DNA from: Saccostrea cucullata
Taxonomy: Eukaryota
Assembly (NCBI RefSeq): GCF_032062105.1
Contig: NW_026918357.1
Location: 62,001-126,000, forward strand
Direction: 5' to 3'
DNA length: 64,000 bases
Made by a program: the position numbers and the translations under genes. Of this stretch, positions 26,138 through 38,100 are shown piece by piece. The first letter of the stretch is position 1. Each line of letters begins with the position of its first letter. The notes beneath the pieces are model-generated. The model ran no database searches, had not been told where the DNA came from, and worked only from the letters and a program-made list of their open reading frames with translations.

Positions 26138-29100
26138 CTAATCACGTGAGACGTCAAAAATAGGATCCCCATCTGGTGTACGGACCCATCTTCTGGTCTG
26201 AGTGTCAGGGTCTTCTTCGTACACCCAGCCTGTAACTGTAGAACGACAATAATATAAACAAATATATGTAACTGTAGAACAATAATAATGTAAACAAATA
26301 TATGTAACTGTAAAACAATAATAATGTAAACCAAACCTGTAATGATAAAACGATAATGATATAAACCCAGCCTGTAACTGTAAAACGATAATAATATAGA
26401 CCCAGTCTGTAACTGTTAAACGATAATGATGTAGACCCAGCCTGTAACTGTAGAACGACAATAATATAAACAAATATATGTAACTGTAGAACAATAATAA
26501 TATAGACCCAGTCTGTAACTGTAAAACGATAATAATATACACCCAGACTGTAACTGTAAAACGATAATAATATAGACCCAGTCTGTAACTGTTAACGATA
26601 ATAATGTAGACTCAGCATGTAACTGTAAAACGATAATAATGTAGACCCAGCATGTAACTGTTTAACGATAATAATGTAGACCCAGCATGTAACTGTAAAA
26701 CGATAAAAATAAAGACCCAGTCTGTAACTGTTAAACGATAATAATGTAGACCCAGGCTGTAGCTGTAAAAAGATATTAATGTAGACCCAGTCTGTAACTC
26801 TAAAACGATAATAATATAGACCCAGTTTGTAATTGTAAAATTATAATAATATAGACCTAGACTGTAACTGTATGACGATAACAATACAGACCCAGACTGT
26901 AACTTTAAGTCTGTAACTGTAAAACTATAATAATATAGACCCAGTCTGTAAATGTCAAACAATAATATAATGGACCAATTTAAGCCAGTATGTTTTAGAC
27001 CTAAACAAATTAATTAAAATAGAAAAAATATATTTAGCATATACGAATTTATAACTTTTATTTTATTTCAAGTGTAATACATAACTCATTACAAATATGT
27101 GAACTAAGACTATTGCACTAGGAAGGAATATACTTATTCGCTTCACAGTATAAACGATATTTAAAAACTATTTTTACCTATTTTTATCATTTATGTATTT
27201 ATTATATACAACAAAATTGAAACACAATATGTTTATGAAACGCTGATGGTCCTGTATAACAACCCGAGGTCAAGGTTAAAGTTTTTAAAATGTAGGTAAC
27301 ACTCAAAGGTCAAGAGTTCATACAGTGTTTAAATATTGAAACCGAATGAAAGAACCTGAAACACGAAATACATGTAAAGTAAAAAAAGAAAGAAAACATT
27401 AACTATTCGAAAGTTTCGGGCAAGGTCAACGAGAACAAACATATAAAAAGACAATCATAAGTATATTCAGACAGACATGTAGAATCCCCCATCCCTTCCA
27501 AAAAAAGAAACAAATCTTCAATTTATGGGGCATAAAAATCATTATCTTTTGGGTGAAAAAAGAATGAATTATAATTGGTAACTTAAACACACGAGTCTCA
27601 AACATCTGCGGGAGTACAACACTTTTTGAATTTAATGTCAACCATTGTTGAAACGAGATCCTACATTAATTTTGTTCCCCTTTAACATGTTTAACACATT
27701 TACGTAGACCTTAAATTGTTAACTTATAACAGATTTGAAATTCTTCAGTAATTTATATATAAAGTAATTTTTTTGCGGGAGGGGGGGGGGGACATCTAGT
27801 AAATTCTTTTACATGTACACGACAGCAAAGTCATTTTTTAAGTCCTTAGACGTCTACATCTATGTTGGACTCACTTTTTATTATTCCCTTAAATTACGTC
27901 TTTGTAATAACATAATTTAAGTTTTCTTGTATGCTATGTATAAAAACTTTGATATATCATTTGACATCAGTTTACAGGTTATTTTACGTATGTCTCCCTA
28001 CAAAAATATAAATTTTAATAATTTTTATATTTGAAAGATAAAATAAACGGTTTCCCTTCTATGCATAAAATCATAAAATATGAAGTTATCTGACATTTAA
28101 GACCACCAAAACTCACCAAAATCTCGCTTTCTGTGTGCATTAAAAAGAGCTGGTTTAGTAGGAAGGGGTGTTGAGGAATTTGACATCGTGTTACCGAGGA
28201 GAGAGGGACTTAAAGTGACGCTTTTGAAATCCTGTCTAGAAGATAAGACAGATGGGTCGGGGGATGACCTATCAAAACCTGGCTTCGCTGATGATGGAAC
28301 ATTTATCAAAGGACCATCAAATGCCTCTACTTTCTCAACGTCATGTAGCTTGGAATCTGTGAAATGAAAAAAAAATCTCAAAATATATTACAAATTGAAA
28401 ACGCAAAGAATGATAAATTTTCTTTCTTCGTCTTTAAATCGATAAAAAAAAAGTTCTTGACACAAATATGACCATGTTTTTCCTTCTTTTTTTGAGATGA
28501 TTTTTTGAAGAATCGCGCATAAAAAGTAAAGATTATTGCTTGCGAAAAACATTACATTTCAAAAAATAAAAACAAAGAACCAGGTAATAATTTCATGGAA
28601 ATTTAAGGCAATGCTTAGGTCATATTGCTTTGATTTATTTTTTTTTAAATTCTGTATTAAACGTTTTAATAAATTCAAATTATATGAATAAAATATAATT
28701 TTGAATATACAAAGAAATTTTTGAAAGCGAAAACAAATTGATACCTGAAAGTTGGAGAGGGGTTACAACTGAAACGGTTGTCGTTGTTGTTTTGGTGGTT
28801 GGGTTTTTGTTGTGAGTTGTCTCGCTTTCCTCGTCAATAGACAGTCGTCCACCTTTTCCTCTGATCTCAATTATCTGAACTCTGGGCCTCTTTGTGGTTT
28901 CATTGTCTCTATCAGATAGAAAATAAGGAAAACAAATACAGATTATGAAAACTTTGAAAAAAGACAGTGATCATATTTTCATCATCGTCATCATCATCAT
29001 CATCATCATTGTTTCTGAGGTGAAAGTATAGTAGCACATTTAATGATCCTCATCTTTCATTCCAATGGCTTATAAAAGATATGACACATTTTCATTCATT

Positions 29101-32100
29101 ATCATCATTCATCAGCTATTATAAGTATTAGGAATGCTCACTTTTTCTTTCTACGTAATTTCCTTCTCCAGACCAAGTAAAAAATAATAATAGCTGCTAA
29201 AACAGCTAGAAGAAGTCCAAAAAATATCCCAAGAATCAATCCCAAGTCGTCCTTCTCCTCTGGTGCTGTTACCTTTTCGGGCGCAGGGAAGATGAGTTTG
29301 TCTCCAAATGGAACAACTTTTTCTATTCTATATTTATCCCATGATTTTTCTACAAGATTTATTGACCTGAATAGTACAACCGTAGGAAAAAACTGTTCTA
29401 TAAAATGAAAAGGCTAAGCTAAGAAAATCTTCTCTTTTCTCATTTCAGTGCATTTACCGTTTACGATTACAGTTGAGAAGAATAGTACTACACTATGAAA
29501 AACTGTTCTATAAAACAAAACGGCTACACAAAGAAAATCTTCAATGTATTTACCGTTTACGATTACAGTTGGGATTTCACTAGGATTAAGTTGAAGGAGG
29601 TTAATGAATTCCCCATTTGTAACGAACTTTTTCTCTTTCTGCAAATTGTTTATGTTTTCTGTTATATCATTTTTAACAGCATAAACATGTACAAGAACTG
29701 ATCTGAAATAAAAATATAAAAATAATTTAGAAAATATGCATCTTTTTCCTTGTTACTTCACTAATCTTGAAAGCAATATATTTTGTGAATGATGACAATG
29801 AGAAAAAAATTAAAACATGTAATAAAATTACAGCAATATTAATATAACAGGTCGGGTGATCTGTTCAAACTAAATTTAACTATAGCTGAATGCCGTTTTA
29901 TTTTTTATAGCAAATATAGAAAGTTTGATTCAAATTCATCTTCACTCTAGATTAATTTTATTTTGTAAAAAGACAATGAACATTCGAATTTCAAACAAGT
30001 GATATTAGTTTCAGTGTAATTTTTTCTAAATATTAAAAACATGCTTGGAAGATTTGAAGAACATGACAAATAATTAATTTGAAATAATAGTGAAATCGTT
30101 TACTTTACAAAGTAAAAAACACATTGCAACACCGTTGTAAACTATACAGCTGTAGTAAACATCAACCATTACTAATGATAGTATTTTTAAGTAAACGATT
30201 AAAACTATTTTATCAATTAATAAACAATTACCTGACTTTATCCTCTACACACCACTTTCTAACATATGCTGTTGGAAAAGACGCCCTCAGTACCTCCTTT
30301 ATGTGATTTAATAGTTCCTCCTCAACGGATAAATAGGATACCAAAGTTAAGTCGAGGTAAAATGAGATGACAGTGTCTTCAGGGTCAAATCTATCTATTC
30401 TAACGATGGCATTCTTTAAGGACTTCAACTGAGGGTCTCCTTTATCTGAGGATATTATTTCTATCGTATATTTAGCTTTTTGGAGCTCTGCATTTGCTTT
30501 GATTATTCCTACAAAAGACATTGTTTTAACACATTTTAATTGTCCTTCAATATTAAAAATACTATACAAAAGATAATAATAAAAAGCGTTTTAGTTGTTT
30601 ATTTACCGGAATCATCGACCACGAATGGTCCAGGATTATCAGCAAGAAGACTATAGGTAACAAGGGCATTACTTCCTATGTCACTGTCTACAGCAGTAAC
30701 TACAGTTATAGAAGCATCACAATAATCGTTCAAAGACGCTTCTGAATTGTAAAAATCAGGAGAGAACTGTGGTCTGTTATCATTGACATCTTGGACAAAT
30801 ATGGTCACATTTACTTTCGAAGACAGAGGGGGCAATCCACTATCCCTTGCTATAATGGTGAAAGTAAAACTGTCGTATGTTTCTCTATCCAAGCGCTCTC
30901 TTAGAATAATATCACCAGAATAGGATCGCACGCCGAAGAACGAATCAAAAGGCGTCCCTAGCTGTGTAGTAAAATCTATTTCATACTTGATTTCTCCATT
31001 CAGGCCTTCATCCGAGTCTACAGCTCCAGTAGATAAGACTTTGCTTCCTCTGTCAAGGTTTTCTAACACGTATACAGAATATTCTTTTTGTCCAAACATT
31101 GGTGTATGGTCATTTATATCTTCTATTGTGACGTTCACAGTGACCTCCGCAGACCAGTGGGGAGATCCGCCATCTTGAACTCGGATCCACAATAAAAACT
31201 CTGATTCTAACTCACGATCAAAATCTCCAACTGTATAGATTTCCCCTGAAGTGTCATTAATACCGAACATGCCTGAGGCACCTTTCCAGTTGGTAGCTAT
31301 GCTATATCTTAGCTTGGAATTTATGCCATCATCATTATCGGTCGCTTTGATCAAGGCAAACACTGTTGGAGAAACTGTGTGCTCTTTGACTGAGAAAATA
31401 TAAGAAGACATTTCGAAAACTGGATATTCATCATTGACGTCAATAATATTAATAGTGGCCGTTACAGATGTGGATTTTGATGGAATTCCACTATCGGTAA
31501 CCTGAATAACTAACTCATACTTGTCTAAACGCTCCCGATCCAAGTCTGATGCCACCTGTAAGATTCCATTGTGAGAATCTAGTTTGAAACTAGAGTACAA
31601 ATTCCCCGATAATATAGTATAGTTAAAATTTTCATCGTAATTGTCATCAATATCATTGACAGTAAAAGTAAATATTATTGTTTCTTTCAAAACATTTTCG
31701 GGAACAGTAGCATCATAGGTTCCGATGAAGAGTGGAGCATTGTCGTTAACATCAGTGAGAAAAATCTCGAGTGTAAAAAAGCCTTTTAAGGAAGGGGTTC
31801 CTCTATCCACTGCAGTTATCAACATGTCGTATCTTCAACAAAGGAAATAATATTAAAAGACTTTACGGTATTTAAAGTTTAAGCAAACACACAAAAATGT
31901 AGTTGAAGTATGGTTACCTGCTTGTTGTTTCTCTGTCAAGCGAATTTTTAACAGTCACAATGCCGCTGTCGGGATCAATTTGAAAAGGGACCGCAGAGTT
32001 TGATACAAATGTAAACTTATTGTTGCCGTTTAAGGATGAGTCGGCATCTGTAGCAAACACCTGAATCACAGATAGTCCAACCAAGGCGTCTTCTGAAATC

Positions 32101-35100
32101 CATTTTCGTATGGAAGAGGAAGAGAATTCTGGTGGGTTGTCGTTGACATCTATAATGTTTATTGTGACTGTACAGACTTCAAATGTTGAAGGGAAACCTT
32201 GGTCCGTAACTTGGATTACTAGAACAACAGACTTGGCGTTTTCAAAATCGGGTGGGGATGCAACACTGATTTCACCAGTTGTTGGGTCTATTTGAAAGTA
32301 AGAGTCTTCATTTCCTGAGAGTATGGTGTGACGGAGTAACCCATTTGTTCCGCCTGTATCTGCATCAATAGCAGAGACTGTTCCTACACTGTAACCAGCA
32401 AGTGTGTTTTCTGCGACGGAGAATCTGAAAATTAAATTTAATTCACAGATACGAAATTTAGTAGAAATGTTACAAAAAAGACCTTAGTGAAATATCTATC
32501 GTTCATCAATATTTTAAGAAATCTCAAGGAGTGTTTTTTTTCTTCATGATGGATTTGGCAGAAGAACCAGTCAATATTGTAATTGTTGTAAATTGAATAA
32601 ACAGGGTTACTTTTTTAGTACGTAGCACGAAGAGCAAATAATGATATAGAAATTTATTTATAAAACCTACACATAATTTTTTTTGCTGAATCTTGGACGT
32701 TCATTAACGTCAGTTACAGTGATTTGCACCGTTGCGGTTGATGATTTAGTACCATCCGAAGCCACGATGTCTAATTCATAGTAAGAAGTTTTTTCTCTGT
32801 CCAATGGTTTAGTCAGGATGACTTCTCCACTCCTAGAATCCAGTAAGAACTCCGAATAAGTCGTTCGGAAGGAGTAGATAAAAGGATCATTATCAGGATC
32901 CTCGGCCGTTACGGTGGCTATGACAGTTCCTGTATCTGTATCCTCTCTGAAGAATTTTGGTATATCTAGAAAAATATGCATTTAAATGTTGACTCAATAT
33001 GATTGTATATTTTTTTTAAATGAGGCTAATTCTAATGCAAAGTATTTTGCTTTTTGCCTCAACTACAAGATAGATAATGTTTTTATTTGATCGTACTTCG
33101 ACATTCATACAATACATGCATACACAGTAGAATAGCAATTCAATTGTTAAATTATGCAAACCTGGGTGTATAAATTTGGGTGGTCCCTCGTTTTCATTTA
33201 TGACGTTTACTGCGACTCTAACTTTTGTTGTGTAATAGCCATCTCTGATGCTTATTTCTATATTGTAGAATTGCGTTGTCTCATAATCCAAGTTCCCTGG
33301 TATGAAAAAACAATTCATAAAAAGGTATATAGATTATGGATATTAAATTACTTCTTAATATCGATCATTTTATACAAATTTTGTAGAGCTACATGTACAC
33401 GTCTTTATTAGTCAGCCTAGTTATCTCCTAAAAATAGCAGCTAAATTCAGATGCTTAACTAACCAGGGGATGCTTCATTTTGAACACATTCAAGGAAAAC
33501 ATGTTTTACAGAAAGATTCAATAATGTTCGTCTGGACAATAAAAATAAAAGTAGAACGAATACACGATGCAATTACATTTTAACTTGCAAAAGTTTATTA
33601 ACCATAATTATTGTTTCATTAAAATGACTAAAAGTTTTTGCCTGTATCTAAGTCAGTAGAATAAATGAAATTAAATTCACATAAAAATTGCCTTTAATCG
33701 TGAGCTGTCCCGAGGTTCCCTCAAATGCATTGTCACTGGGAATCTGGTTGACGGAATAAGAAAGGTCATCAAGATCTCGATCAGAGCATCCAAAGTTTGG
33801 AATAATCACACTGCCTTTTCCTGTATACAAAAGACATCAAGATGATTACAAAACTAATAAATCTTTCTATAAAAAAAATTAAAGACAAAAATGTATCATT
33901 TTTTCCGTAAAGGTATGTGTTTTTCTTCTTATTTTGAATAAATAAGTCATTCCATGATATTTTATTTCAGGAGATATTTGTTTTGCATAAAAACGGTACG
34001 TGTGTAAAAATATTATCTGCATTAGTCTTACTTGTCAGTTCGGATATCCTGACATTAAAGACAGTTTTTGGACAATAGGGGGCGTTGTCATTGACATTCT
34101 GTACCGACACCGTGACGGTTCCGGTCCCCTGGAATTAAACAGAGTTCAATTGCAACATAGGTATGGATATTTTTTTCTTCTAGTTTTTGCATTTCTATTC
34201 ATAACCATGGGTTTGTTTTCAAGTAAAACTAGAATTTAAAAAAAACAATGTACAAGTTGCAAATCAAACAAATACAAACCCATAGTCACAATTATACATA
34301 AAATGAATCATATTTTGGACGAATTATAATGTAAATGGTTTATTGTCATGGATTGGGTTTCCCCAAAATATAATTATATGTTTTATATTGGATAAACTGT
34401 GTTTCATCCCCAGGTGTAAACAATGTATTCATGGATATCCAGTTTTATAATTTTGACAGAGTTCTAGCTAAATCCATTCATATTTTAATCGCGTAACATC
34501 CAAACATCAATTATAGATTAAACAAAAGTATTGAAATAATCAAAACTTCATCATAAGCACACCTGAAACATTTAACTTTTAATGAGAACATGGTGAATAG
34601 ATTAAACTTGATCTGTAAACAGATGAAACATTATCACGCGAATCGCATTGTACCTTTGAGGTTCCTCCATCGTCCGCCGCCACAATTATCCTGTACAGCG
34701 GGACCGTTTCAAAATCTAAATAGTGCGTTAGGTATATTTTACCAGTCACACTGTCCATCATAAAGGCGTCTATTGCAGTATTTTGTACTGGAAGACAAGA
34801 ACACTTAATCTTGCAATTAATTCAAGTTCCTTTGTAGTATCTATGACTGACAAAGCCACAATCATTTTAGTAACATTAAAAAATGTTACATTAAAAAAGG
34901 TATAAATATTAACCTTTTTTGTAAATATATTTTCTCAATCACAATCACAATGTCCGTGTCTTAACATTTTACTCGACAATATTTCAAATGAAAGTACATT
35001 TACCTGACACTATTTCAAAAGAGAGTACATTGTCGGGATAAGCGTCGCGGTCAGAGGCGGTCAATGATGCGATCTCTGTACCAGGTGTTGTATCCTCTCT

Positions 35101-38100
35101 AACATCCACTGAGAGCGGATCCAACAGAGGAGGGTATTCATTTATAGGATTTAAATTTACCAAAACGATTACAGAAGCTGTATGCACGGTGTCTGTCACT
35201 TGTATATTAAGGAGGTAGGAAAAAATTCCTTTATCATAATCCAATTCTGAAAAGAAATCAAAATTGTAAGTAACAAAATTATATGAGATCAAACCCTTAA
35301 CCTTTATATATAATAGGGTGTCGTCCATCAAGGTTTGATTGATTACTGAAAAATTACCACGTTTAACTCTCACTGCGCCACTGGATGTTATATCAAGGTC
35401 CCCGCGATCCCCGGATGTAATCGTATAACGTAGATCTGTACCAATCTCTTCATCCAAGCAAGAAATATTAAGGACCTATGGAGGCAAAAAAAAACAGTAA
35501 CATTGTCGTATACACCAAAATCGTAAGGAATTATTGAGGAGCAATGAAAATAACTCTGATTCACTGAAATATTGAGAACCTACAGAAACACACAAAGCAA
35601 CAATTTTCTTTGACACACAGAAACACTAAGGGCATAAGAGGCAATAAATAATAATTTTAATTTAAACAATATTTTATTATGAATAAACATAATTGGATTG
35701 GACAGCAGGCACTGCCTATATAAGTCCTTTCCACAATAATCGAATAAAATATATTTAAATTGTAAAATTAATCTTAATATTTAAATGCAATTTTTTTTCA
35801 CTCGACACCGTTTAAAATAAACAGAAAGATAAAATAAAATTTTGCTTTCATTACAAAATGTATTATTCTAGACGATCAAAATTAAAAGTATTAACCTTTA
35901 CATTAATTTTCAAGGACATCATACTTATTGATATGAACTAACAGTGTTTCCAATCGAGATGTTCTCGCCTACGGTTTTCTTGTAGTGGTCAGGAGAACAC
36001 ACGGGAGGGTTATCGTTCACATTAGTCAGCGTGATGTTGACCACCGCGGTACTGGTGCGAGCTCCCCCGTCCTTGACCTCTACTGTCAGAGAGTAGGATG
36101 ACCTTGTCTCAAAATCTAGTCTTCTCTTTGTATAAATCTTCCCTGAGGTTTTTAGAATGAAGAAAGCATCGTCATCGTTTCCATCTAATTTGTATTAAGA
36201 TAATCTTAGTATTTCGAAATGCAAGGGTGTACTTTATGTTTTTCTTCGTCTTTGATGGAGTCAAAAATATTTTCCACAAGGTATTTCTATTACTTACAGG
36301 CACCAATAAAGTGAGAGAAAATACAAAAAGTACGGCAAAATGCAAAAACATATGATTAAAAATTCCACTCTTACATATGAAATTACATACACTACACGTA
36401 CGACGAAAAAATATTAACGTATCAGTTGGCCCAAAGAAAAAGGAAATATTTAAAAGACACAAATGACAGAGTGCCATTTTTAAAAAGAACTAAATAAACA
36501 ACTTTCAAAAACAAATGCGACGTTTATCAATATATTTGTTTTATAAAATATTTTGATGCATTTCATTCCCCCATTAAATCTTTTCAACAAGGTGTAATCT
36601 AGCCGTTACCTGTAATCTGGTACGTCAGTTCCCCGTGGATCCCTGCGTCATTATCCGAGGCAGTCACCGTCAGCACTTCTGTTCCTACCTGAGTATCTTC
36701 AGGAATCTAAATGTTTCAATTTTTTGTTGTAAATAAAATTACGTACATAAGGACAAAACCAACACTTTGAATAATATTGAAAATGCCAGACATTAATTGA
36801 CGAAATTCAAGTGCTTGTATTTGTATATACTTGCATTTATTGTACTGGAGAAAGAAAAATTCCCTAATTATTTTTTTTTTCACAAAAAATGTGTGAATAA
36901 TATGAAAAAATCTTCATTATTTTAGACTTATCTCTAAGAGTTATCTAGTGGGCAACAATTTTATTTCGTTAGCCTTTAGATAATTAAGGTTGTATGAATC
37001 GATTCGATGGTCAAGTTAATAATCGTTGGTGGGAAAGTATGTCTGTAGGTATGTGTGACATGAATTCATACATTCTGTCTGTGTGTAAAATCTTTAATTT
37101 CCCTGGCACAGTCTAGATCCGCACACACTCTTCTTTTTTTCGTATGTGGGGTGCACAGAATCTCTGAATTAAGTGATATGATTTATTATAAAACAGAAGT
37201 TTACCGCTTGACTGATAGGCTGTCCATGGATTTTGGGGTCGTACTTGTTGACCGGAAGTACATTAACTAAAACAGTCATTGTTCCTGTTCTCTGTTTACC
37301 AACTGATGGGGTATCAGTTGCTATGACAACGAGTTTGTAGAGGAAGTTGTCAGCTGCCATGATGTCATAGTCTACGGGAGTACTGGTTGTCAATATCTGG
37401 TTATTGATGACCTTGAACTTTGGCGTTGAGTCATCTCCCGTTGCTATGGATACTGTTGTGCAACCAGGATTGGGCCCTGTGTCCGCGTCAGTGCACGTCA
37501 GTACAGCAACAACGGAATCTATAATGTAATATACAGTATAAAACATGGTCTTCTTAAAATAAATTTACAGTCAAACCTAATATAAGAGGTTGGAATTCCT
37601 AAACCACAGCGACATATTTATGTAGTATTTGAGATATTAGTGTTCAGGACTGTTTAAAATTCAATATAAGATCATATAAAAGCTTCATACAATTAACCTA
37701 ATTTACTCTATTGTTGAACTTTTGACCTTTGTTACTCCTAAACCGAAATCTCAAATACAAAGGGTTGGTCAAAATAAGTTTGCAATCTATATATGCCACT
37801 TTTTCTTTTTAATTTTTAAACCTTGCTGTGTCGAATGATCCGATATCTTGAAAAACGATGTTAGTCCATTTGACATACGAGAAATATGCAAGGAAAGGAT
37901 TAGATACTGGTAACTTATTTAAACATTCATTTGAAGCAAAAACCATATCATCCTTGTAAACAATGGTAAATTACACGATTAAACATAAAAAGTCTTTTTG
38001 TTTATATAGAGGACATTCTAAATTGTTTCTTTTTACCCATACCCTGTGGAGAACTTTCATTTATGCTGACAGTCAATATTGTTGGTATAAACTTTGGTGC

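Noticed and set aside
26222-26962. CRISPR-like periodicity and Tyr/Ile-rich ORFs
   Set aside because: Contiguous 31-bp units without unique spacers, eukaryotic context and no cas genes.
28097-28116. EFWWS* as the main cadherin C-terminus
   Set aside because: A perfect G|GTGAGT donor and a phase-matched downstream exon favour splicing. Kept only as a possible minor isoform.
34340-34445. GGATAAAC-containing imperfect palindrome resembling the 775-bp array junction
   Set aside because: Too degenerate to define ends.
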